56,695 nucleotides of DNA from a virus: the IMG/VR virus record IMGVR_UViG_3300046063_000009, one strand, 5' to 3'. The notes beneath the pieces are model-generated. The model worked only from the letters and a program-made list of their open reading frames with translations, was not told where the DNA came from and ran no database searches. Within the stretch, counting starts at the first letter, position 1; every line of letters begins with the position of its first letter. Both the position numbers and the translations under genes were made by a program. Positions 31,862 to 40,177 of the stretch are shown here, one piece after another.

Positions 31862-31935
31862 TCGGTCGCCATCAAGCGGTGGCTGATGGCCGTGCTGGTA
31901 GCTCACCGCTCACCGACTTCGTGTTCCGGTGGCCG

Positions 31936-32301
31936 TTAGCCGAACTCGTCCAGGTAGCACTGCACTGTCGCCTCGCCGTGGAACCACGCGAGCAGCACCT
32001 CGCCGTGGCAGACAAACGGACGCTCGGGCGAGCCCTCGATCACGCCATCAACGCACCAGCAGCCAAGCACCTCACCGCGCAGATCGGTGAGCGCGCGCTT
32101 GAACTCCGTGCCGTTCACGGGATCGTCGAGCCGTTGATCGAACCACTCCTCGTACTTCTCGATGGACTCCGCGCGGGTGTGCTCGCCGCCGGCCTCCTCG
32201 AGAACGTAGGGGTTCCCGAAGCGCGAGCTCCGATCGACGCGCCGAGTGACGGCGTCCTCGCGCTGGCGCATATTGACCAGCTTCGTCACGCGGTCTCTCA
32301 T
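31936..32301 (-). CDS. DUF4326-family protein
   Basis: SSRFGNPY...LRGEVLGCWC...FVCHGEVLLAWF matches the DUF4326 pattern. ATGA overlap with the primase-helicase stop. Confidence 0.7.
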   Translation of the reverse strand: MRDRVTKLVNMRQREDAVTRRVDRSSRFGNPYVLEEAGGEHTRAESIEKYEEWFDQRLDDPVNGTEFKRALTDLRGEVLGCWCVDGVIEGSPERPFVCHGEVLLAWFHGEATVQCYLDEFG

Positions 32302-35135
32302 CAGTCAAGCACCCTGCGTACCGCTGTCTCCCGCTCGGTGCTCTCGTCTTCACCGGCTGGCTGCACGTCTACACCACCGTCGGTCATCGGCTCGCCGCTC
32401 TCACCCCCGTTACTACCGTCCCCCTCGCTGTCGTCGTCCTCGTCGTCCTCTTCGTACGCTCCGAGGCCGCCCATCGGTTCACGGGTCTGCTCCTCGGCGT
32501 CCTCGCCATCGTCTTCGCGCTCCCGGAGATCGTCGAGCATCGCTCCGGGATCGAAGCCGAGCTCGTCCAGCGCGTTCCCGTTGAACTTCACGCCGACGTA
32601 AGCCGTCCACTGGCGACCGTTCGGTTTCACCTTCCGCCGCCCGTCGGTGATCTGTCCGTCGGTCTTTAGCTCTCGAGTGAGCTTTGTCTGGGTTTCGACT
32701 TCCGCACCGACGTGCTCGGCAGCGAACCTCGCGTACAGCGCGTGAGCGACCGGCTTCACGATCACGTCCTCCGGCGACCCGGTGACCTTCAAGCAGCTCT
32801 GCTTGAAGCGCTTGATCGTATCGCCGTAGGCCTCCCACTGGTCGCGCTTATCCACGACGTGCGGATCGTGAGTAAACCCGCCCTCGCGCTGGAGTCGAGC
32901 ATACCCTTCGAGCGCCCAGTTGAGGATGCCGGGGAGTTCATTCTCGATGATACGATCTGCGAGGTCGCGGTCCTGCTGGCTCCGCGGGATCGTCTCGGGG
33001 AACATAATGTGCAGCCAGCGCTCGTGGAAGGCGTCGTCGGCGTCATTCGCGGGGGGGACGCGATTCGTCGCAAAGAGGTGCTTCGCCGTCGGGTCGAACT
33101 GGAACTTGTTCTCACCCTTCCGCTCGGCAGAGACCGGATCGCCGCCGCCGACGATCGATTTGAACAGGCCCACTGATTCGAGCGTATGGGTCTCGAGCTC
33201 GTTCGAGATGTTGGCGAGCTTCCCCTGAAGCTCGGCCTTCCCCCACCTGGAGTTCACCAGCGAGTCCAGGTTCTCCGCCGAGACGTTACGCTGGCCGATC
33301 AGCTCTTTGACGATCGTCAAGAAGGTACTTTTCCCAGAGTCCTTCGGGCCGAGCAGCAGCGCCGCGCGCTTGTGTGGCTGGCCCCAGTGGTGCAGGCAGT
33401 ACCCGACGTACTCCTGTAAGGTGGCAGCGTTCTCTTCGGTCACTACGCTTCCCAAGAACTCCTCAAACTCGGGGCACTCGGCTTCGGGCTCGTAGACGGT
33501 CGGTATCCCCCGGACGAACCGGAAGGCCGGGTCGTGCTCGCCGAGGGTGACGTCGTCGGGCGTCGAGATGTCGAGGACGCCGTTCTGCACGCAGACCGCT
33601 CCGTCGGGACCGCCGATGTCGTCTATCGGCACCTGCGTCAGTCGCTTCACGACCGCCATGATCTCGTTCTCTCGGTTCACCCGGTACTCGGTGCCGAGCG
33701 CGCTAGCGAGGCGATTCTGAATCGGTGCCGATCCCCGCCGGTAGACCCCGGTGCCGGAGTCGTAGCAGAACACGTCGTTCATCTTCCCCTCGTGGGTCAC
33801 CTCCGTAATCACGGGCGTCTCACGGCGCACCTCGGTCGCCGCGTTCTGGAGCGCGCGCCCGTGGCTCCCCGCCTCGGTGGAGATAAACGAGTCGCGCACG
33901 TCGCCCCAGTGATCGCCCCGCGCCTGATCGCCGTCCTCGTAGCTCGGCCCGACCTCCGCGACCGGTACGTCCTCGGCAGCACTCTCGCTCGCAGCATCCG
34001 CCGACGTCGATGTCGCTGCCGCCTGCTCGCCCGGATCGTTCGACGTGGCCTTGGCTTCGCTGTGAGCGGTCGGTGCGTCGGGGACGTCGTAGCCCTGCTC
34101 TCGCGCAGCGTCGTAGATCGACCGCCAGGTCTGTGCATCTAGCCCATCGGGGACCCACTCACCGCACTCGATCTCGCCGACGAGCATCCCGAGCAGGTAG
34201 CCAGCGTGGCCGGTCACACCGTGTCGCCAGCACCGGAAGGTCTCGCCATCCTCGTCGACAAGGAAGTTCGCGCCCGTCGAGGAGTTATGGACCGGATGTT
34301 CGCAGCGCTCGCCAGCCGGGTACTGCGAGCGCGCGATGAGATCGTAGACGTCCAGGTCCACCGGCTCGCCCGACGCTGCTGTCGAGCCGCCACTACCGCT
34401 CGCGCTCGCGCTCCCAGCACCGCCGGAGCTCGTATCGATCCAGGGGACCCACTCGTCGGAGGTCGGATAGTCCTCGTCGGGGTGCTCTGCGTCCCACTCG
34501 TCGGCATCAGGCATCGGGTTGAACACCCACCAGGCGCGTTGTAGCCACTCTTCGAAGCGTGCCTGGTCGCTCTCGTCGAGCACGGCCGGCGTGTTGCTGT
34601 CATCGGTGAACTCCTCGGCGTCCCCGGTGACGGTAAAGTAGCGCCCCTCGGAGTACGCCGCGATCTCCCGGCTCGCGCTGCCGTCGGGCGCGTCGATCGC
34701 CTGGTTCGTCCACCACTCGGGTATCGAGACGCCCTTCAGTATCGGGTGCAGGCCGCTCCCCGAGGGTGAGCGCTCGGTGTAGCATCCCTCCAGCAGCGAG
34801 AGATCAGGCACCCAGGAGTCGCCCTCGGGGTCGTTGTCTGGCACGTCGACGTCGATACCGAGGTAGTCGTCGGCGGTTGAGAAGACGAAGCCAATCCCCG
34901 CGTAGCCATGTGCCCGCTCGCCCTCGACGGCAGTGTCGAACGGTGCCCAAGTAGCGAGATCGTCGGCCTTCGCGTAGCCGGTGCCGTTGGCCTCGCGCGG
35001 GATCTTCGTCGCTTTACTGTTGCGCTCGCCAGTCTCCCAGCAAATCCACTGGCCGCGCCTCCGCAGCTCGGTCGGGACGAGACGGTAGCGTTCGGATGCC
35101 GATGGCTGGTCGTCAGGGTTACTCTCTGCGGCCAC
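32301..35135 (-). CDS. Bifunctional primase-polymerase (AEP) / D5-P4-type SF3 helicase
   Basis: HGYAGIGFVFSTADDYLGIDVDV (prim-pol motif) and ALLLGPKDSGKSTFLTIV (Walker A). 944 aa with an acidic C-terminal tail. GTG start. Confidence 0.8.
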   Translation of the reverse strand: MAAESNPDDQPSASERYRLVPTELRRRGQWICWETGERNSKATKIPREANGTGYAKADDLATWAPFDTAVEGERAHGYAGIGFVFSTADDYLGIDVDVPDNDPEGDSWVPDLSLLEGCYTERSPSGSGLHPILKGVSIPEWWTNQAIDAPDGSASREIAAYSEGRYFTVTGDAEEFTDDSNTPAVLDESDQARFEEWLQRAWWVFNPMPDADEWDAEHPDEDYPTSDEWVPWIDTSSGGAGSASASGSGGSTAASGEPVDLDVYDLIARSQYPAGERCEHPVHNSSTGANFLVDEDGETFRCWRHGVTGHAGYLLGMLVGEIECGEWVPDGLDAQTWRSIYDAAREQGYDVPDAPTAHSEAKATSNDPGEQAAATSTSADAASESAAEDVPVAEVGPSYEDGDQARGDHWGDVRDSFISTEAGSHGRALQNAATEVRRETPVITEVTHEGKMNDVFCYDSGTGVYRRGSAPIQNRLASALGTEYRVNRENEIMAVVKRLTQVPIDDIGGPDGAVCVQNGVLDISTPDDVTLGEHDPAFRFVRGIPTVYEPEAECPEFEEFLGSVVTEENAATLQEYVGYCLHHWGQPHKRAALLLGPKDSGKSTFLTIVKELIGQRNVSAENLDSLVNSRWGKAELQGKLANISNELETHTLESVGLFKSIVGGGDPVSAERKGENKFQFDPTAKHLFATNRVPPANDADDAFHERWLHIMFPETIPRSQQDRDLADRIIENELPGILNWALEGYARLQREGGFTHDPHVVDKRDQWEAYGDTIKRFKQSCLKVTGSPEDVIVKPVAHALYARFAAEHVGAEVETQTKLTRELKTDGQITDGRRKVKPNGRQWTAYVGVKFNGNALDELGFDPGAMLDDLREREDDGEDAEEQTREPMGGLGAYEEDDEDDDSEGDGSNGGESGEPMTDGGVDVQPAGEDESTERETAVRRVLD

Positions 35136-35556
35136 CGATGATCACCGTCCCTCGCCGTTCTTCCTTTCGCCTGAATCGCCGCTAAACTGGCGATTGAAGG
35201 GGGTAAGGGTCTGAATCCAGTCGGTACTATTATTTGGTTGGGTGGTCTTTAGAATCATGCGTTGTCACGTGTCGGCGTGCTAGAACCATGCTGTATGCGT
35301 GAAGCGGTGCTGAACGTAGCTCCACGCGGTCGGGGCTGTGATCGCGCTCAACTGATCCGCTCATGCTGCTGGTCAGGGACGGCCGGTCATGCGGTCGTAG
35401 TGCAGCGGCGTAGCAACCGAGGTCGTCTCCGGTCACGGCGCGCGTCCCGCGAACGAGCCTACTACAATCCCGTACCGGGGGCACGCGGTGGCCGACGACG
35501 GCCCTGCGGTTGTTCTTCGGTGTGATGCGTCCTCTCATAGACGTGTCTAGCGTAAT

Positions 35557-35592
35557 CTACCCCGTGGCAGATAAATGTACGCGATAGCGACC
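35557..35592 (-). promoter_or_regulatory. Conserved viral promoter, copy f
   Basis: Coding strand reads GGTCGCTATCGCGTACATTTATCTGCCACGGGGTAG, about 420 nt upstream of the primase-helicase start. Confidence 0.6.
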
Positions 35593-35693
35593 ATATGCGA
35601 CTCCATAAGTGGCGCACGCGACCGCTCACGCGCCAGCACGCCATCGTTGTCGAGTGCGCAGCTCCTAACTCCCCCCGGGTAGTCGCCGATACC

Positions 35694-36314
35694 TCAGTAG
35701 TAGACACGGGTCAAGTCAAAGAAGCCGGAGTAGTATACGTTAGCATCCATTGAGTAGCAGAGCCCTATTCCACCACCCGCCGAGTAGCGGTTACCATCAG
35801 TGTGCGTCAGATCGGGAGCTGATCGATCGAACGTATCCTTCCCATCGATTCCTGCCGTACTCGACTCTTGGATCCGAACAGAAAAATCTCCAGCAGAGTT
35901 CTCCCAGCCAACGAATCTAGTGTCTCTGTTATCATTGTACCCGTCTGAGATGGTACCAGCGTCAACCCGAGCGACCCGCGTTAGCTGAATGAAACCATTA
36001 CCATCACGTCCGTCAGCATACCCGAGCACCGCAGATTCGCTGGCATCCAGGACAGCGAAGTAAAAATGACTACCATCGATAGCTCGAAAGATCGCCCCTG
36101 AATAAACGTGGTTTCGCATAAACGTCCGTATCTCGCCTTCGGCTGGAGCAGAACTGGAACTCCCGTCATTGACTATCCAAGCCTCTTCACCACCTGACTC
36201 TGAGAAAGTCAAACACGCTTCTCCGTCAACCACGCCCTTCCCTGAACTGCTTGATACGTGCCCTGGTGGATCTGTGCTATAGCCATCGTATTGAGTCCAA
36301 TCAACGAGCGACAT
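35694..36314 (-). CDS. Fibre-associated protein, possibly a concanavalin-A-like lectin/LamG fold
   Basis: Last gene of the tail module, lower GC, beta-rich Gly/Ser/Asp composition. The fold assignment is a guess. Confidence 0.55.
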   Translation of the reverse strand: MSLVDWTQYDGYSTDPPGHVSSSSGKGVVDGEACLTFSESGGEEAWIVNDGSSSSAPAEGEIRTFMRNHVYSGAIFRAIDGSHFYFAVLDASESAVLGYADGRDGNGFIQLTRVARVDAGTISDGYNDNRDTRFVGWENSAGDFSVRIQESSTAGIDGKDTFDRSAPDLTHTDGNRYSAGGGIGLCYSMDANVYYSGFFDLTRVYY

Positions 36315-36338
36315 TTTAGCAGTGTAAAGGCCTTGTAT

Positions 36339-36707
36339 TTAACTCTCCCACGATTCGGTCGTCTGTCGACTAGGGGTAGCAGGGGGTATCTCCTCCCAGG
36401 AATCGCTATCAGCAACCGCTCCGAAGCCAGGGGGTATCTCCTCCCACCCCTCAAAGGGTACCGCTCCACTCTTCGATACCGGCGTTCCCGAGACGGAGAC
36501 GTATGAGTCGCCACCACCGTCCAGCAGCGACTCGCCAGAGATGAACTCATAGTCGTGCTCGCCAACGCCGAGGGGCACCCGATCACCTGATTGAAACACA
36601 TACGTCGAGGCTGCCGAGATCTGCCCGTCGATGCCGATGAGCTGGAGGCCGAAGTCCGGCGGTCCCGGTTCCTCCCAGCGTTCGACGGTTTCGAGCGTGC
36701 CGACCAT
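36339..36707 (-). CDS. Hypothetical tail-module protein (122 aa) with an internal WEEIPP duplication
   Basis: The 19-nt repeat cagggggtatctcctccca occurs at 36380-36398 and 36428-36446. ATG at 36707. Confidence 0.65.
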   Translation of the reverse strand: MVGTLETVERWEEPGPPDFGLQLIGIDGQISAASTYVFQSGDRVPLGVGEHDYEFISGESLLDGGGDSYVSVSGTPVSKSGAVPFEGWEEIPPGFGAVADSDSWEEIPPATPSRQTTESWES

Positions 36708-36811
36708 TAGTTCTGTACCTCACCGTCGTATCGGTCGATCTGCTCGCCGACCATCATTGCTCGCTTCTGGTATTGGGTTGTATGGTGTGACATGGTTACT
36801 ACCTCGTGCAT
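36707..36811 (-). CDS. Small ORF (34 aa), tentative
   Basis: MHEVVTMSHHTTQYQKRAMMVGEQIDRYDGEVQN. It fills the gap between the fibre stop (36822) and the next start, with a TAATG-type overlap. Confidence 0.3.
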   Translation of the reverse strand: MHEVVTMSHHTTQYQKRAMMVGEQIDRYDGEVQN

Positions 36812-36821
36812 AGTGAGCAGC

Positions 36822-39023
36822 TCACCGCAGCGGTTGATATTGGACTCTGACATCAACACTGGCGCTTCCCTCTGTCTCTGAAAGCACAACCGCCCAGTTC
36901 CCAGCCGATTCGTCGTAATAGACTTTATCAACCGTTACTCCCACGTCCGATAGCCCTCCCCGCCCCGCCACGCTCACATCGAACTCGGACGGTTGGATCG
37001 GTCTAGAAAGTGCAGTCAAATCGGCGAACGAAAGCGTTGCTGAACCGCCGGCAGAGATCGTAGCAGTCTGGGTTTTGCTAATCGGATCGGCAAATCGCAT
37101 ATCCTCCTGACAGAGAAGCCCGGCAGCATACCCATCAGCTGTCGACCCGTCGAAATAGTTGACAGCCACATCGTCCGAATGCCCCCAGTACACACTTTGT
37201 CCCGAGCTGTTAGGACTAGAACTGATATTCACTTCTCCATTGTTGAATGTCGCTCCCCCTTTTCTTCCAATATGCCCGACATAGGTATTCGAGAAATTGC
37301 TCTGGAACCGGATCGCTTCGTCGTATTCAGCGTCTTGACAAACAATATATTCATAGATTGAGAGCCCAGTCCCTGAATCAACGACTGTAGAGGCCCCCGA
37401 AAGAGCTTTCTCATGCTTTATTTCGTTAATTCTGATTCGATGGTTGCTTCCAGAGAGGCGCACCATCGTCGTCGTGTCAGACTGGGATTCCTGTGCTATC
37501 GATTCAAAGCGCGCTTCCAATCCCGAATTGTTAACGTTGAGAACAATACTGTCGTCTTCTGGTCGGACGAGAATCGGCCCACACTCGATCGAATGAGCGC
37601 CTCCTCCGTTTGCATGAATGAAGCGGCCAGTATAGCTGAAGGCCGATAACTGCCCCCACCGAGCTGTAAATGGCCCAAATGAATCCAGATGGATCACGGG
37701 GTCAGTCCAGTTGGCGAAGCGAACACGGCCGAGATTGAAATGGCGGGCGTTAGCTCCAGAGAAATGGATCGCACTGCCGCCAGTCCGATCCACGTAACTT
37801 GAGCCGTCGAAGTTTAGATCGGTCATGAAGGCTCTCGCAGCGTCATTGAAACCTGAAACATCGAGACCATCGGCCGCTAAATCAGTCATCTCGATTATGG
37901 TCTCGCCGATCCCACGGCCAATGAGGCTCTTCCCGCCGAGACCGCTCAGCGTCGCTGCTTCCGTTATCCGTTTGGATGGAAGCAAAATTATTCCGTTCTG
38001 CGATCCCGAGCCGGTACCGTTAATTGCATCGATGGCATCTTGGACGGGGGTTGTGGTCGCAGTGGGGTCTATCGCATCGATGGCCCCCAATCCCTCCGCA
38101 ATCGGAACGACAAGTCCATCCCAGGCGGCTTGGATGTTGCTGTTGGCTATGTCGTTGACTACCTGCTCTGTAGTTACCGACGTGAGCGGGGTCGTCCCGC
38201 CGAGAGCCTGCCCGTCGTGGCGGTGGCTCGTATCCGATTTTCCATCGAGTTCCTGTTTCCTCCCGACGTCGCTCGCTGTACTCGGCGCGGAGCTTACCCG
38301 TGCTGCCGAGAGTTCTGCACGGGCGTTCTGAATACCACCCGCTCCATCGCTCTCGGCGTACAACCGGGCGAGCGGCGTCCCGTCGATCGCCAGGTCGTAG
38401 CTCTGCTCCGTCCCTGCTGCTGCGTTCCCGTCTACCGGCGCATCGACGATCGCTCCATAGCCACCGGGGTTCGTCCCGAGGTCGTGCGGGAAGGCGTTCT
38501 TCGACACCCGGTCGTCCAACTCACCGACCACGCCTTCTACCGTTCCGGCCTGAAAGTCTCCATCAGAATCGGTGACGACGGTACTCTCGGCATCCTGATG
38601 TTGAGCACGCCAGTTATGTACGTACCCGTCGGGAAGTACATCGTCAAATCCCTGCGGGACGTAGACGACGCCGAGTAGGAGTTCGTCGCCCTGGAGCGTC
38701 GCCGGCTCAGGTGCGGCGGCTGGCGTTCCGGCGCGAAGACCGATCGTACTGGCCGCCGTATCGAAATAGATGGTATCCCAACGGTCGTAGGTCCCATCCC
38801 CGACACCGACGGTGAGACTCGTCCCGCTCGCGCTCGCCTCGGTACCGAGGTAAACTGCCGTCCCACCACCGACGTCAACCTCACGCACGTTCGCCGTTGG
38901 CGAGATTTCGAAGTCGACCGGGGCTCGTACCCCGTTCCCGGCCAGCCCCTCTGTCACCGCACGGAGCTGTACCTCGAATAAGGGATTGCCCTGCGGCCAG
39001 TCGAAGCCCGGAGCGTTCGGCAT
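36822..39023 (-). CDS. Tail fibre / tailspike with a right-handed beta-helix (pectate-lyase-like) C-terminal part
   Basis: 733 aa. GIILLPSKRITEAATLSGLGGKSLIGRGIGETIIEMTD followed by repetitive beta-helix-like turns. The C-terminal half has clearly lower GC. Confidence 0.65.
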   Translation of the reverse strand: MPNAPGFDWPQGNPLFEVQLRAVTEGLAGNGVRAPVDFEISPTANVREVDVGGGTAVYLGTEASASGTSLTVGVGDGTYDRWDTIYFDTAASTIGLRAGTPAAAPEPATLQGDELLLGVVYVPQGFDDVLPDGYVHNWRAQHQDAESTVVTDSDGDFQAGTVEGVVGELDDRVSKNAFPHDLGTNPGGYGAIVDAPVDGNAAAGTEQSYDLAIDGTPLARLYAESDGAGGIQNARAELSAARVSSAPSTASDVGRKQELDGKSDTSHRHDGQALGGTTPLTSVTTEQVVNDIANSNIQAAWDGLVVPIAEGLGAIDAIDPTATTTPVQDAIDAINGTGSGSQNGIILLPSKRITEAATLSGLGGKSLIGRGIGETIIEMTDLAADGLDVSGFNDAARAFMTDLNFDGSSYVDRTGGSAIHFSGANARHFNLGRVRFANWTDPVIHLDSFGPFTARWGQLSAFSYTGRFIHANGGGAHSIECGPILVRPEDDSIVLNVNNSGLEARFESIAQESQSDTTTMVRLSGSNHRIRINEIKHEKALSGASTVVDSGTGLSIYEYIVCQDAEYDEAIRFQSNFSNTYVGHIGRKGGATFNNGEVNISSSPNSSGQSVYWGHSDDVAVNYFDGSTADGYAAGLLCQEDMRFADPISKTQTATISAGGSATLSFADLTALSRPIQPSEFDVSVAGRGGLSDVGVTVDKVYYDESAGNWAVVLSETEGSASVDVRVQYQPLR

Positions 39024-39117
39024 GAGTAGGTCTTAATCCAGTAACCGACCACGCGAAAGAAAAGACTGCCGAGGCTGTGGGTAGCGATAGTCTCTATCCG
39101 CCGCTCAGATACCGCTC

Positions 39118-40176
39118 CTACCGCACGAGGAACCCGACGTCGGCGCGCAGCGGCTCGTCGTCTTTGGTGAACGGTCGGGCCGTCGTCGCCCAGACGAGCC
39201 GCCCGGTCGTGTCAAACACGCCGAGCTCGCTGATCGACACCGGCTGATTTGCTGGCTCGTCCGGCGGGGTGTAGGAGCGGACGGTGAGGCGTTCCTGATC
39301 GAACCGCCGGTCGGCGTCTCTCCGGAACTCCTCGGTCGTGAGTGCCGTCGCGCTCTTCGAGAACGCGCTTGTTCCGCTGCCGAAGGCCATCTCGGCGAGA
39401 CCGACGATCACGGCCGGCGTGCGCAGCGCCTCTGCGATCGCTGCCTCGCCGTTGTTCGTCACGACGGCCACGCCCTGCCCCCGCCCGGTGATGGTAAAGG
39501 TATGCGTGAGTTCGACTTCGTGATCGACGTCGAGGAGCACCGTCGAGTCGGCTTCGACCGTCGTCCGAGCGAGGAGCCGTCCGGGGTCGCTGCTATCGTA
39601 CGCGCCGGTCTCGAGCTCCACGGTGCCGCTGGTATCCGCTTCGCTGCCGAGTTGCTGGCCCGTCGTGAAGTCATACGGCGCTCGCGCGTGCAGTTGGTTC
39701 GCGTTCTCACCGTCGATCTTGCCGGCCGCGTCCCGTCGCGTTGCCGGTAGCTCCGCGCCGAGTGCGCTGTCGGTGACGCTCGCCCGGTCAGTGTCTGTTC
39801 CGAGCGCCGCAGCGTCCTGCGCACCCGCCTTCCCGTCGAGTGCGTCACGTATCGCGTTCCGTCCGCCCTCGGTGATCGTCTTGGAGGTGACCGTGACCCC
39901 CGCCACCCCCCCATCGGGGAACGGTCCTCGGTAGTCGCCACCGACGCCACGCCCGCTACCGTGCTCCGCGTCCGGGTGGCCCGAGACGAGCATCGCCTCG
40001 CCGCTGTCGGTAGCGAGATCGCGCGTCGCGAGGGCCACGTCCACGCTCACGTCGATCGTGTTCCCGGCGAACGCGAGCTGTCGGTCCTGCTCACCGGGGA
40101 CCACGATGAATCGGGAGTCAAGCTGTCGAGTGCGCCGGGTGTTTGCCGCGACGTACTCCTCGACGGAGCGGGGCAT
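39118..40176 (-). CDS. Tail/baseplate protein with an internal domain duplication
   Basis: Two similar halves (GGRNAIRDALDG...ALGAELPATRRDA and NNGEAAIAEALRT...ALTTEEFRRDA). Tail-module position. Confidence 0.6.
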   Translation of the reverse strand: MPRSVEEYVAANTRRTRQLDSRFIVVPGEQDRQLAFAGNTIDVSVDVALATRDLATDSGEAMLVSGHPDAEHGSGRGVGGDYRGPFPDGGVAGVTVTSKTITEGGRNAIRDALDGKAGAQDAAALGTDTDRASVTDSALGAELPATRRDAAGKIDGENANQLHARAPYDFTTGQQLGSEADTSGTVELETGAYDSSDPGRLLARTTVEADSTVLLDVDHEVELTHTFTITGRGQGVAVVTNNGEAAIAEALRTPAVIVGLAEMAFGSGTSAFSKSATALTTEEFRRDADRRFDQERLTVRSYTPPDEPANQPVSISELGVFDTTGRLVWATTARPFTKDDEPLRADVGFLVR

Positions 40177-40177
40177 C

